Source: an uncultured Nitrososphaeraceae archaeon
GTDB taxonomy: Archaea > Thermoproteota > Nitrososphaeria > Nitrososphaerales > Nitrososphaeraceae
Assembly: GCA_963779615.1 (NCBI GenBank)
Contig: CAVZZA010000005.1
Span: forward strand, 64,001-128,000
Length of the DNA stretch: 64,000 bases
Direction: 5' to 3'
Shown: piece after piece, positions 1-10,506 of the stretch
Layout: each line of letters starts with the position of its first letter
Numbering within the stretch: position 1 is the first letter of the stretch
Position numbers and translations under genes: made by a program
Notes under the pieces: model-generated
The model's input: only the letters and a program-made list of their open reading frames with translations
The model's database searches: none
Told to the model about the DNA's origin: nothing

Positions 1-779
1 CAGACATAGTAATTATTGACACTGCAGGAAGGCACAAAGAAGAGCAAACTTTATTGGAAGAAATGAAATCGATGTACTCCATAGTAACCCCTGATCATGT
101 TTTTTTAGTAATAGACGGTACAATTGGGCAGCAGGCATTCAATCAAGCAAAAATCTTCCATGAAAAAGCAAAAATTAGTGGAATCATCATTACAAAACTT
201 GACGGGACAGCGAAAGGAGGCGGAGCACTCGCTTCCTCAGCAGCGACCGGTGCAAAGGTACTTTTTATAGGAACAGGAGAAAGGATTGATGATTTAGAAC
301 AATTTTCACCTACCAGTTTTGTAGGGAGATTATTGGGTATGGGAGATATCAAAGCCCTTTTAGAAATGGCGAAAAGTTTAGAAATTCAATCTGACGAAAA
401 TCAATCTAAAAGACTTTTAAGCGGAAAAATGACTATTGAAGACTTCTACGCTCAAATGGAAAATATGGGAAAAATGGGATTCAGAAATGTAATTGAAAAT
501 CTTCCAGGGCTTTCCAATTTTGTCAAAGAAGATCATTTAGATGTCCTACAAGAGAAAATGGAAAAATGGAGATTCATAATACAGTCATTTACTAAAGAAG
601 AGAAGAGAAATCCAGATACGATAAATGAGTCAAGAAGAAAGAGAATAGCAAGGGGGTCGGGGGTAATGGAACATGACGTTAAGGATCTCATAAAACAATA
701 CAACAATTCTAAAACAATGATGAAACAAGCCAAAGGAAGACAAATGCATGGATTATTAAGGAGATTCGGTCTTGGTTAG
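1..779 (+). CDS. srp54: Signal recognition particle protein SRP54 (5' part outside the window)
   Basis: DTAGRH at the window start, TKLDGTAKGGGA and GTGE GTPase motifs, M-domain SRRKRIARGSG. Confidence 0.97.
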   Translation, partial: DIVIIDTAGRHKEEQTLLEEMKSMYSIVTPDHVFLVIDGTIGQQAFNQAKIFHEKAKISGIIITKLDGTAKGGGALASSAATGAKVLFIGTGERIDDLEQFSPTSFVGRLLGMGDIKALLEMAKSLEIQSDENQSKRLLSGKMTIEDFYAQMENMGKMGFRNVIENLPGLSNFVKEDHLDVLQEKMEKWRFIIQSFTKEEKRNPDTINESRRKRIARGSGVMEHDVKDLIKQYNNSKTMMKQAKGRQMHGLLRRFGLG

Positions 780-1962
780 GCATTATGATAAAAATAAACT
801 ATTGTTTAGGAAAGGTAATTATTATAAATTAATTCATTATAATTTGTATATATGTAAATATTGTTTTGAAAGGAATTTCAAGTTTGTTAAAAACTACTTG
901 GTAAAATATAAAACGTTGATCAAGATAATCACTTCAAAACAAAAAGAATGTAGTATTTGTAAAAATCTCTTTCAAAAGACAATCGTCCCTATTCATAATG
1001 AAATAATAAATTCGTGTTATTTTACAAGCAACAATCAAATCCAAAAAATCGATATAGGCACTAGTTTACCATTGCCATTATTTGAAAAAGAAGATAATTT
1101 AAGGTCTTTATTTAAAATTAAAGGGATTGCGAACATTAAAAATCATTACAATGAATTAATTAGAAAAGAAATTATAAAAAAAAGCGGGTATGCAATAGAC
1201 CACCTAAATCCAGATCTCAGAATTGAAATACACATAGATAAGGAATGTAATTATGAAATAAAATACAAAACCAAAGAACTTGTTCTGTTAGGTAAATATA
1301 ATAAATATGAAAGGGGATGGAGTCAAAGATTTCGAATGAACAGCATGGACAACAATAATATGAATAGCCAAGCAAAGGCACAAAATTTTGATTCGTATAA
1401 TATAATAGAAGACATAATTTTGAATTTTTTATCCACCCAAACTGGCTCCAAAGATATTCAAATTTCATGGTCAGGAAGCGAAGATAAAGACAGTCTTGTT
1501 TTAGGTAATGGAAGACCATTTATTGTTAAAATTACTAGTCCACGGTTTAGAAATATTCAAAAAATATTCGATCTAAAAGACCAATTAAAATTAAGCTTTC
1601 AAGAAATTAACGTTAAGGATACATATGGGTATTTTAAGTATAAAGTTCAAATAAAAATCTTAATTAGAATTTTGGAAGACAATTTAGAAAAAGTTAATCT
1701 AGATGAAACCATCCTCAAATTAAAAGGACAGGTAAAATTTAGGATAAAGAATAAAACTATTAAAAAAAATATTTATTCAATAAATTTTAAAATAATTGAT
1801 AATACGAATTTAGAAATGAATTTAGTCCTTGATAACGGCATTCCAATAAAACAATTAATTGGTGGAAGGGATTTCATAGAACCGTGTTTATCCAATTTAT
1901 TAAATAAAAAATGTGAATGTGTTTGTTTTGATATAAAAGAAGTCATTTTGAGTGACATTTAA
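772..1962 (+). CDS. pus10: tRNA pseudouridine synthase Pus10-like
   Basis: N-terminal CxxC...CxxC, G-x-Y-N-K, GSEDKDSLVLGNGRPF catalytic-Asp motif, GIPIKQLIGG; follows srp54. Confidence 0.85.
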   Translation: MVRHYDKNKLLFRKGNYYKLIHYNLYICKYCFERNFKFVKNYLVKYKTLIKIITSKQKECSICKNLFQKTIVPIHNEIINSCYFTSNNQIQKIDIGTSLPLPLFEKEDNLRSLFKIKGIANIKNHYNELIRKEIIKKSGYAIDHLNPDLRIEIHIDKECNYEIKYKTKELVLLGKYNKYERGWSQRFRMNSMDNNNMNSQAKAQNFDSYNIIEDIILNFLSTQTGSKDIQISWSGSEDKDSLVLGNGRPFIVKITSPRFRNIQKIFDLKDQLKLSFQEINVKDTYGYFKYKVQIKILIRILEDNLEKVNLDETILKLKGQVKFRIKNKTIKKNIYSINFKIIDNTNLEMNLVLDNGIPIKQLIGGRDFIEPCLSNLLNKKCECVCFDIKEVILSDI

Positions 1963-1976
1963 ACTGGCGGATAGAT

Positions 1977-2663
1977 ATGAAAAAAATAGATCCTCTATTT
2001 AAAGTAAAGTCAGCCTATGATAAAAAAATAATTGATGACAATATATTCAATTTGATATTAAAAAGAAAAACCCTAATAGAAGACGGTATTCACCGAATAC
2101 AAAGACTAACTGAAATAGAATACCCACAGTATTTTATTGAACCAAGTTTATTAATAGCAACATCGCCATTAGAATATGAACAATTTTCAATAATATACGC
2201 AAGAACTATACCAATTTGTAATAAAGAAAACGAAATGGAAGTCTTTATTCAGTTATTTACACCTTTAGTTATTTATGGGTTAAGGGGTACAATTCATTCA
2301 GTAATAGCTCATGAATTTTTACACTACCTTGATATACTAAACAAAATAATAAATTTAGAAATTACTTCAAACATTCCAAATGACACACTATTCGAGAATA
2401 TATTCACCGATAACGAAAAATTATTTGATCATTTTAGAGTTTTCAAAAAAGACAAATATTTAACAAAAATGATTACTAAAAAATTTGAAAATGGCTTTTT
2501 AGATGAAAAATTGAATAACAAATCTATAAAATTATGGATACAGAAAAAACTGCCGATTGAGAAAATGCCGATTGAGAGTAACTACATAAAATTGCCATTT
2601 TTATCTCTGGCTAATACTGAAATTGATGAGGCCATTAAAAAAAAAATATCCAGCCTTTTATAA
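1977..2663 (+). CDS. Conserved hypothetical protein with HExxH motif
   Basis: 228-aa ORF containing VIAHEFLHY, co-oriented with srp54-pus10. Confidence 0.7.
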   Translation: MKKIDPLFKVKSAYDKKIIDDNIFNLILKRKTLIEDGIHRIQRLTEIEYPQYFIEPSLLIATSPLEYEQFSIIYARTIPICNKENEMEVFIQLFTPLVIYGLRGTIHSVIAHEFLHYLDILNKIINLEITSNIPNDTLFENIFTDNEKLFDHFRVFKKDKYLTKMITKKFENGFLDEKLNNKSIKLWIQKKLPIEKMPIESNYIKLPFLSLANTEIDEAIKKKISSLL

Positions 2664-2681
2664 GATTGCCTGTAAAAAAAC

Positions 2682-3352
2682 GGCTCTGTTAACTTAAGAG
2701 ATTATTCCGCTATTGTGGTAATAAGCAAACAGGTTCAACCACTGTTTTACATGCTTTAGTTTGCATTTCTTTTTTCGGCATGGAAAGTAGTCATCAAATC
2801 CTTCTGTCCTGTCCTTGATGTACTGCATCGCCCTTTCTATCAAGCTTTTCTCAAAAGGGGAATGCAAATGATGTTTCAGTTTCAGGAACCTGCATGCTTG
2901 CGGATACCAAGTGCCCCCATCGGTGGAAACCGGATGCTTTCCATACCTATCTACCAGAGACGCAATAAATCTCTCGGCAACTAGCATTGCTCTTTCAACT
3001 GACACATCAATCTGAAGAATTTCCCTGTGTTTTGGCTCAATTGCAACCCAAAGCCATATGCATTGGGAGCCAACCTTAATCTGGGTTTCATCAACAATGT
3101 ATCCATTAATCTTTTTTCTCCTGGTTGATAGTATCTTTGGCTTGTATTTCTGGATCCATTTCCAGACTGATACATGGCTCCTTTTCCCAAATCTTTTCAA
3201 CGCCTTTGCGGTGCTTCTACAAGAGAGACCCGGGAAGTAAAGATATAGGGAATAGGCAACATCTTTCGGTTTGGTTCTCTGCCTTCTGTATGTCAATATT
3301 GTTTGTTTATGGCATAATCGCGACTATATCTTTTTCTTAAGTTAACAGAGCC
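2682..3352 (-). mobile_element. IS6-family insertion sequence, 671 bp, apparently intact
   Basis: Perfect 18-bp terminal IRs (GGCTCTGTTAACTTAAGA); 8-bp target duplication AAAAAAAC at 2674-2681 and 3353-3360. Confidence 0.93.
2694..3296 (-). CDS. IS6-family DDE transposase
   Basis: VDETQIK, WLWVAIE, STDGGTWY, IER-x-MQYIKDR motifs. Confidence 0.93.
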   Translation of the reverse strand: MTYRRQRTKPKDVAYSLYLYFPGLSCRSTAKALKRFGKRSHVSVWKWIQKYKPKILSTRRKKINGYIVDETQIKVGSQCIWLWVAIEPKHREILQIDVSVERAMLVAERFIASLVDRYGKHPVSTDGGTWYPQACRFLKLKHHLHSPFEKSLIERAMQYIKDRTEGFDDYFPCRKKKCKLKHVKQWLNLFAYYHNSGIIS

Positions 3353-3385
3353 AAAAAAACACCCGGAATACATTTATTGGATTTT

Positions 3386-3568
3386 TTATTGTGTTCTTTT
3401 TTTAAACTCTGTATACCCACATTTACCACAAGTAAACCGATCTTTATGATCGGCCATGAAAATTCCTTTTCCACACCTCGGGCACTCTCTTTTTGACCTC
3501 TTGACAGAGGCATTATCTACCGAATAAAATTTATAGACACTAACCTGGCCCTTTGAATCTTTTGCCAT
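3386..3568 (-). CDS. rps27ae: 30S ribosomal protein S27ae (eS31)
   Basis: CPRCG..FMADHKDR..CGKCGYTEF zinc ribbon. Confidence 0.97.
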   Translation of the reverse strand: MAKDSKGQVSVYKFYSVDNASVKRSKRECPRCGKGIFMADHKDRFTCGKCGYTEFKKRTQ

Positions 3569-3603
3569 TGTATATATTCTACTCCCCTATTTTCCTATTT
3601 TAT

Positions 3604-3978
3604 TTATTTCTTTTTTGATTTTGCTTCTGCAATAGCAGCTTGTTTAGCTTTTAACTTTATAGCCTTTTCTTCATCAATTATTTTTTTTCTTTCATCTTTT
3701 AACAAAGCCCTTAGGAATAAATAGCGAGGAATTTGTTTCTTTGCTTCCTCCATATTATCATAATAATACATCAATGTTAGAATGTCAGGATTTCCAAACT
3801 CGCTTTTAATCGTTACAGGTAAAATGTTATTCTTATTTAACTTTAATTTATTCGCAATTAATTCAACTGCATCTTGTCTTTTGACCGACCCTAAGGCATT
3901 TTTAATTACAGATTTAATTTCTCGTCTTTTTAATAGTACGTTATTATTATCTTCTAACAATACAACTTCTAAACTCAA
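3604..3978 (-). CDS. rps24e: 30S ribosomal protein S24e (eS24)
   Basis: N-x-LLKRREI and S-E-F-G motifs; directly upstream of rps27ae. Confidence 0.85.
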   Translation of the reverse strand: MSLEVVLLEDNNNVLLKRREIKSVIKNALGSVKRQDAVELIANKLKLNKNNILPVTIKSEFGNPDILTLMYYYDNMEEAKKQIPRYLFLRALLKDERKKIIDEEKAIKLKAKQAAIAEAKSKKK

Positions 3979-4056
3979 ACTAATATATTGCCTAAAACAT
4001 ACAATATATATATTTCTAAAATTGATTTTTATGTAATAAATTATTATTGAAACTAT

Positions 4057-4749
4057 TTGAAAACGATCAAACTATTTGCAATAGATATCGATGGAACAAT
4101 AACCATTAATGGAGATGGAGCAGTAAATTTAGAGGTTTTATCTAAATTGAGATATCTTATAAAATTGGGTTATAAAATTGTGTACGTCACAGGAAGGTCG
4201 TCTATAGAGGCATTTATTTTATCAGTATTTGGAGGAACAACAAGGATTTCAATTGGTGAAAATGGCGGAGTCATTACCAAATCACCCACTACACATATAC
4301 TTTTAGCTGATAAAGAAAAATGTATGAAAGGGTATAGCCTTCTTGCCAAAGAGTTTGGCGACATAGAGAATAAACAAGTTTTTCCTAGAATGACCGAAGT
4401 GGTTCTAACAAGAACATTTGATATAGACAAAGGAAATAAAATACTCAATGAAAATAACATAGGCTTAGTAATAGTGGATAGCAATTATGCCTTTCACATT
4501 AATGAATTAAAAATAAATAAAGCATTTGGCCTTAAATTTCTATTAAACACAATAAAAATTGATTCATCTGAAGTTGTTGTTATCGGAGATAGCGAAACAG
4601 ATATACCAATGTTTGATATGTGCGAAAATAGTGTTACATTTGAAAGCTCCAAAGATAAAGTAAAAAATGCGGCAAAATTTGTTGTAAAGGGTGAAGAAGG
4701 AGAAGGATTAATAAATGCACTTGACTTGATTATTAGAAAAAATCAGTAG
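4057..4749 (+). CDS. HAD-superfamily (class IIB) phosphoglycolate phosphatase-like
   Basis: DIDGTIT, VTGR, GENGG, NKA-x-GL, IGDSETDIPMF motifs. Confidence 0.88.
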   Translation: MKTIKLFAIDIDGTITINGDGAVNLEVLSKLRYLIKLGYKIVYVTGRSSIEAFILSVFGGTTRISIGENGGVITKSPTTHILLADKEKCMKGYSLLAKEFGDIENKQVFPRMTEVVLTRTFDIDKGNKILNENNIGLVIVDSNYAFHINELKINKAFGLKFLLNTIKIDSSEVVVIGDSETDIPMFDMCENSVTFESSKDKVKNAAKFVVKGEEGEGLINALDLIIRKNQ

Positions 4750-4758
4750 GCTAAAAAA

Positions 4759-6711
4759 ATGTTATTTGAAAACATTAAAGATGAAATCAGATATCAAATG
4801 AGAGAAGTACTAACTCATTATAATTTAAATGAAAATAATAGTATTGACTTTGAAATATCTGAACCTCCTCTCAAAGAATATGGAGATTTTTCATGCAACA
4901 TAGCATTCTCACTATCAAAAATTTTAAAAAAAAGTCCTCTTGAAATAGCTAAAGACATAGTAAATAACATCTTGCCGATTTTTCACGATAAAAACAAAAA
5001 CAAGTCTCTTATTGAATTGGTTTCAGTTGAAAAACCAGGATTCATTAACTTCAAAATAGATTTAAGAAAGTTTTCAAGCAAATTTTTTTCAGATATGCCG
5101 TTAATAACCGATGTACCCAAATGTGGCACCAATGACGAGTTAATTTTAATTGAACATACAAGTGTAAACCCAAATAAGGGCTTACATGTCGGTCATTTAA
5201 GGAATTCAATAATAGGTGATTGTTTATACAGATTATTATTAGCAACAAATCATAATGTCAAGGTTTTAAATTATGTTGATGATTCAGGTCTCCAGGTTGC
5301 AGATATTATTGTTGCATTCAAATATGCAGGATTTCCAGTAGAAGAAGAAAATAATAACATAGTTGAAAAAAAATTTGACAATTATTGTGGAAATCATGTT
5401 TATGTCAAAATCAATGAATTATATCCTACTAGACCCGATTTAGAAGGAAAAAGGAAAATAATATTAAAAGATCTTGAAAACCCAAATTCCGAAATAACAG
5501 GTTTTACTCAACAAATAGTAAAAAGAATATTAATCGGTCAGCTTCAAACTTGTTGGAATTTAAAATGTCATTATGACATTTTAAATTTTGAATCACAAAT
5601 AATTCAATCCAGTCTGTGGGACACTATTTTTAGAATGCTAAAGGAAAAACAAATCATCCAATATGAAACTAGGGGTAAAAATATTGGATGTTGGATTTAT
5701 AGGTCAGAAAAAGAGGGAGATAAAGTTTTAGTACCAAGTGACTCGACAATCACATATTTTGCAAAAGATATTCCGTATGCGTTGTGGAAACTGGGATATG
5801 TAGAAAACCCTTTTGAATATGAAATATTTTCTCAGCAATGGGACGAAATTAATTTATATCAAACTAAGGTGAAAAAAAGAAAAAAAGAAATAAATTATGA
5901 TTATCATTTGATTGATTTTGAGAAAATAACCAAAGTTATCACCATAATTGATTTCAGACAAGAAAGATTACAATCACTGCTTTTGGAAATTTTAGATGAT
6001 TTAGGCGTTGAAAAAACAAAATATAATTATCTTGGATATGAACCTGTTACATTAAGCCAGAACACAGCAGAATTGCTGGGATTGCATTTAGAAAATAAAA
6101 AATCTACCCAAATTTCGGGAAGAAAGGGGATTTTTATTGATGCAGACTCTGCTTTAAATTTGCTAATAAAGAAATCCTTTGATGAAATTAAAAAAAGAAA
6201 ATTGGAAATCCCTGAAAGTGAAGCAAGCTACATTGCTAAAGAAATTGCCATCTCAGCAATTAGGTATTATTTTGTTAAACAAGACATAGGAAAAATGATT
6301 ACATTTGACATACATGACTCATTGAATTTAGAGGGAGATACCGGCCCGTATATTCAGTATTCATATGCACGTGGGAAAAGAATCTATTTTAAAATAAATA
6401 ATAAAAATAGTTATTTAAATGATAATGATGTTAATAGTGTATTTCTTAATGAAAATGAAATTGAACTTATTAAACATTTATGTAAATTTTCATCTTCAAT
6501 AAAAGACTCTGTGAACAACAAAGAACCCAAAATTGTTGCAAGATATCTTTTTACATTGTCAACGCTTTTCAATAACTTTTATGAAAAATCCCCCATTTTG
6601 AAGGAAACTGAAGATAAAAAAAAGAGCAGAATTAAAATATTGCACTCTACTCTTTTGATTATGAAACATTGTATGGGAATAATTGGTATAACCCCATTAG
6701 AAAAAATGTAA
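4759..6711 (+). CDS. argS: Arginine--tRNA ligase
   Basis: EHTSVNPNKGLHVGHLRN (HIGH), SGRKG, GDTGPYIQYSYAR, C-terminal LEKM. Confidence 0.97.
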   Translation: MLFENIKDEIRYQMREVLTHYNLNENNSIDFEISEPPLKEYGDFSCNIAFSLSKILKKSPLEIAKDIVNNILPIFHDKNKNKSLIELVSVEKPGFINFKIDLRKFSSKFFSDMPLITDVPKCGTNDELILIEHTSVNPNKGLHVGHLRNSIIGDCLYRLLLATNHNVKVLNYVDDSGLQVADIIVAFKYAGFPVEEENNNIVEKKFDNYCGNHVYVKINELYPTRPDLEGKRKIILKDLENPNSEITGFTQQIVKRILIGQLQTCWNLKCHYDILNFESQIIQSSLWDTIFRMLKEKQIIQYETRGKNIGCWIYRSEKEGDKVLVPSDSTITYFAKDIPYALWKLGYVENPFEYEIFSQQWDEINLYQTKVKKRKKEINYDYHLIDFEKITKVITIIDFRQERLQSLLLEILDDLGVEKTKYNYLGYEPVTLSQNTAELLGLHLENKKSTQISGRKGIFIDADSALNLLIKKSFDEIKKRKLEIPESEASYIAKEIAISAIRYYFVKQDIGKMITFDIHDSLNLEGDTGPYIQYSYARGKRIYFKINNKNSYLNDNDVNSVFLNENEIELIKHLCKFSSSIKDSVNNKEPKIVARYLFTLSTLFNNFYEKSPILKETEDKKKSRIKILHSTLLIMKHCMGIIGITPLEKM

Positions 6712-6769
6712 CCTAAAATTTCAATCAAAGTAAAAAGATTAATAACCCTTAGAAAGAACTCAACATAAT

Positions 6770-7399
6770 TTGATTGATCTCACTAATATTTTTAATAATT
6801 TATCATTACAAATTCCCGGCCTAACTCCGCACTACACACAGCATCCTCTCTTTCCCGACATGGTTACCTCTGCAATTGTGGCAGCGATAATAGCTATTGG
6901 ACTAAATTACGGTATGGCATTGTTAAGAAAAAGAACTACAAACATAGAGAAAATGAAAACAGTAATGAAAGAAACAGGGGAATGGAGAAAAAAGTATACA
7001 GAAGCTATAAAAAAGAGAGATAAAACCCTTATTGAGGAATTAAAGAAAAAGCAATCTCAAATGAATAAAATGAGTTTAGAACTTCAGCAACAACAAATGA
7101 GGCCGATGATGTTATACATGATACCTTCCTTCATGCTATGGATTTTTGTTTTTCCATCCATTTTTGGACAAGTTGTTGCTTTATCTCCAATCACCATTCC
7201 CTATCTAACTTGTTCTGAAGACAATGTACATAACGACAATCCAGCTCAACTTGTAAATAATACACACTCTTCAGAAATTAAAAAAGGGGCATGTAAAATT
7301 CCTGGCGAGGTATTTTTATGGGGATGGTTTTTACTTGTAAACTTTGCTTTTAGTGGCATAATTGCAAAAGTTACCAATACAAGTATACCCACCTTTTAA
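6770..7399 (+). CDS. EMC3/TMCO1 (DUF106) family membrane protein
   Basis: TM helix, charged coiled coil, MRPM, further TM helices and WGWFLL. Confidence 0.8.
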   Translation: MIDLTNIFNNLSLQIPGLTPHYTQHPLFPDMVTSAIVAAIIAIGLNYGMALLRKRTTNIEKMKTVMKETGEWRKKYTEAIKKRDKTLIEELKKKQSQMNKMSLELQQQQMRPMMLYMIPSFMLWIFVFPSIFGQVVALSPITIPYLTCSEDNVHNDNPAQLVNNTHSSEIKKGACKIPGEVFLWGWFLLVNFAFSGIIAKVTNTSIPTF

Positions 7400-7494
7400 A
7401 CTTTTTATAAATTAAAGAAATTGTATTTAAGGAATTAGCACTACTATTTTAAAAAAATAAATCTATTTATCTTTGATAAGAGTAGTTCATTCAA

Positions 7495-8595
7495 ATGGAG
7501 AAGATCTTTGGGAGGAAATTGTTTTCGGATAAGGGTATAGATTCTTCCCAATCAGGGAGACATAGGATAACTGAAGATGACATAAAGAAAGTTAATCTTT
7601 ACAATAAAGGGGTAAGTAAAATGTCGGAAGAAAAATTTGAAGAGGCCATCAGGACCTTTGACCTAGCTTTAAGAATTGATCCCTATTTTGTAGATGCAAT
7701 AATAAAAAAAGGATATTCACATTTCCATTTAAAAGAATATAACCTTGCAATAACATTTTTTGATCAAGCTTTAGAGATTAACATCAATGATCCAGAAGTT
7801 TGGAATTTAAAAGGATTGGTATTTTATGAATCCAAAAATTATGAAAGAGCTTTGAATTGTTGTGAGAAAGCGATAGATTTGAATCCGAATATAGCAATGG
7901 CGTGGTATAATTATGCTTGTTATTTAACTTTGAGTGGTAAAATTTCTGAAGGGATGGAGGCTTTAAAAAAATCTATAGAATTAGACATATCTAATGCAAA
8001 AAAGGCTGTCAAAGATAAAGACTTTATCAATGCCCATATGGAGGAAGATTATAAAAGAATAATCGAAGTTGTTATACTAGAATCCATTAGGCAAGGAAAT
8101 GATCACCTTGGAAAGATACTATGGGTGACGGGTTTGCACAGAGAAGAAATCCAAGATGCTACAACGAGATTAGCAAACAAGGGTTTATTATTTAAAAACG
8201 TTAGGAAAAGCTTTACTGGAAGCGATGAACAGTATGAATTAACGCAAGAGCTTGTTGCCAAAGTAGGAATTGAGAAAAGATCATCTTCAAAATCAATTAC
8301 AGGAAAAAAAGAAATATTTGTATCCACTCAACAATTGAAAGACATAAGCAAAATTTTAAATGATGCGTCAGAATATTCAGAGAGAAATGAACTAAATTCA
8401 TTGATAAACAGCATTGATAAGTTATTGAATCCTATAATGCATGGAACAGTAATTTTGGACAATTTTTTTGAAGAACATAGAGAGTTAAGATTATTTAACA
8501 GCAGACTGAAAGAAAAAGGTCAAGAATATCTCAATTTACATAAAGAAGAAATTTCAAAATTTATGTTTGAATTAGATAAAAAGATAAAAGAATAA
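7495..8595 (+). CDS. Tetratricopeptide repeat protein with putative winged-helix segment
   Basis: Several TPRs (ALRIDP, VWNLKG, AWYNYAC) followed by an HTH-like segment (LHREEIQDATTRLANKGLL). Confidence 0.85.
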   Translation: MEKIFGRKLFSDKGIDSSQSGRHRITEDDIKKVNLYNKGVSKMSEEKFEEAIRTFDLALRIDPYFVDAIIKKGYSHFHLKEYNLAITFFDQALEININDPEVWNLKGLVFYESKNYERALNCCEKAIDLNPNIAMAWYNYACYLTLSGKISEGMEALKKSIELDISNAKKAVKDKDFINAHMEEDYKRIIEVVILESIRQGNDHLGKILWVTGLHREEIQDATTRLANKGLLFKNVRKSFTGSDEQYELTQELVAKVGIEKRSSSKSITGKKEIFVSTQQLKDISKILNDASEYSERNELNSLINSIDKLLNPIMHGTVILDNFFEEHRELRLFNSRLKEKGQEYLNLHKEEISKFMFELDKKIKE

Positions 8596-8606
8596 CAATG
8601 CAAAAT

Positions 8607-9224
8607 TCATTTTATAACAACTTTGTTACCTTCAATCTCCAATTTTTTATTAATGAAAAGATTGATGGCTTGTTTATACAGTTTATGCTCCTCAACTAAA
8701 ATACGCTCAGATAAAATGGTTTCATTATCACCATCATACACAGGTACACATTTTTGCAAAATAATCGGTCCGGTATCAACAATAGGATCAACAAAATGTA
8801 CAGTACATCCTGAAATTTTTACACCGGCATCCAGGGCTTGTTTTTGTGCGCGTAATCCTTTGAAGGACGGAAGTAATGAGGGGTGGATATTCAAAATTGA
8901 ATGCTTATATTTATTAACAACAAACGGTCCTAGTATTCGCATAAATCCAGCTAAACAAATCAAACCATTTGAAGGATATATGTTGTGTAATTTTAAAATA
9001 TTAAAAAGTTCATCATCAAATTCATCATTTGTTAAATTCTTATTTGAAATTAATTCAGTATTTACATTATATTGATTTTTTGCAATTTGTAATCCGAGAG
9101 ATTCTTTCTTATTTGAAATTACCACTATTTTGTCTACATTCACAATCTCCTGTTGTTCGATAGCGTTTAGTATAGCATTCATGTTACTCCCTCTACCTGA
9201 AATCAATATAGCTAAATTTACCAA
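8607..9224 (-). CDS. purN: Phosphoribosylglycinamide formyltransferase
   Basis: ISGRGSNM, LAGFMRIL, NIHPSLLP, GCTVHFVD. Confidence 0.97.
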   Translation of the reverse strand: MVNLAILISGRGSNMNAILNAIEQQEIVNVDKIVVISNKKESLGLQIAKNQYNVNTELISNKNLTNDEFDDELFNILKLHNIYPSNGLICLAGFMRILGPFVVNKYKHSILNIHPSLLPSFKGLRAQKQALDAGVKISGCTVHFVDPIVDTGPIILQKCVPVYDGDNETILSERILVEEHKLYKQAINLFINKKLEIEGNKVVIK

Positions 9225-9272
9225 TAAATATAAAACACCCCTTTCAAAATTAATAGTTTCTCAGGGTACAAA

Positions 9273-10088
9273 TCAAAAGAAAAATAACAGCAAATCAGAA
9301 TTAAATAAACCGTCGTAAAGCAGTTTCATAGATACTAAAATCAATATTAACGAAAATAGTTTTTGTAATATATTTGAATTAACTTTTAGAGATATTTTAG
9401 AACCAATTGTACCACCTATCAATGAGCCAACTGAAAGAATAAAGCCCATATAATAGTCAGGGTGCCCATAATAAATATAAAGTAAGAGGCCTGAAAGAGA
9501 TGTGAAAAGCAATGCAAATTGTGAAGTTGCAGCAGCACGATTCATACTAAAACCAAAAAGTATTATTAAAGAAGGAACAAAAATAATTCCACCACCTATT
9601 CCAAAACTGCTAGATAGCATTCCTGCAAAAAATGAAGATACAACAAGAAGGACTGTTTTCAAGAAAGGAAAATGAGAAGGTTTATTAACAATATCACATT
9701 GGGAATAGATATTTTTGTTATTGTTTAATCTTGACTTTAATGCTAAATATATCGATGTGCATATTAAAATCAAAGCAAAATAAAACTTAAATTCAGATAG
9801 CGAAAAAAAGTTCGTGATTATAACGCCTAAATAGGTCCCTGGGATAGAAGAGATTGAAAGAACAAATCCCACCTTGTAGGCGATTGATTTTTTCCTGTAA
9901 TAAAAAAAAGATGAAGATAAACTAGTTGATAGAACAGACATCAAACTAGTAGAAGAGATTTGTGAAGGTAAGTAATTAAAAAAAGACAAATAAGGCGAGA
10001 TTATGATTCCCCCTCCTATTCCAACCATAGAACCTATCACTCCAGCAATCAGAGAAATAAATAGGCCAATTATAATTTCAATGACCAC
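9273..10088 (-). CDS. Sulfite exporter TauE/SafE family membrane protein
   Basis: Duplicated GIGGG motifs, about 8 hydrophobic helices. Confidence 0.88.
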   Translation of the reverse strand: MVIEIIIGLFISLIAGVIGSMVGIGGGIIISPYLSFFNYLPSQISSTSLMSVLSTSLSSSFFYYRKKSIAYKVGFVLSISSIPGTYLGVIITNFFSLSEFKFYFALILICTSIYLALKSRLNNNKNIYSQCDIVNKPSHFPFLKTVLLVVSSFFAGMLSSSFGIGGGIIFVPSLIILFGFSMNRAAATSQFALLFTSLSGLLLYIYYGHPDYYMGFILSVGSLIGGTIGSKISLKVNSNILQKLFSLILILVSMKLLYDGLFNSDLLLFFF

Positions 10089-10139
10089 TGATAATCAAGT
10101 TTCTTTGTTCCAGACCATATAAAAATATAAATGCATATT

Positions 10140-10370
10140 TTATGATTCAAATTCTTTAGACGATTTATTGGCCCAAAATAGGATTGCAATTGTGCTTATT
10201 CCTGACCCTATTATACCAGCAATTAATGCTTCTAAAAAAAATTTTGAAAAAATATTAGGGATGAAAGATTTAAAAAAGTTAAGCATAGAGGGTAAAATAA
10301 AATAGGCCATTATACCACCCATGAAACCCAGAATCCAAACTATAAAAACTATTAGAAATCTATTCATCAC
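10140..10370 (-). CDS. Small two-TM membrane protein
   Basis: 76 aa with two hydrophobic helices. Confidence 0.6.
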   Translation of the reverse strand: MMNRFLIVFIVWILGFMGGIMAYFILPSMLNFFKSFIPNIFSKFFLEALIAGIIGSGISTIAILFWANKSSKEFES

Positions 10371-10506
10371 TAGAATCCCATTTTTTCGAGTGTAGATAAA
10401 TCCGATGCTCTAACAATAAATTTTTAGAAATAAAAGACAATATTCATCTATCTATAAATAAAGATATTAATATGAATTATGTCGTTTTTAGTATGTGTAA
10501 TGCAAG

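Noticed and set aside
5720-5760. ArgS motif reading VLVPSDST rather than the usual VLxRSDGT
   Set aside because: The ORF is otherwise intact; drift and sequencing error cannot be told apart without reads or an alignment.
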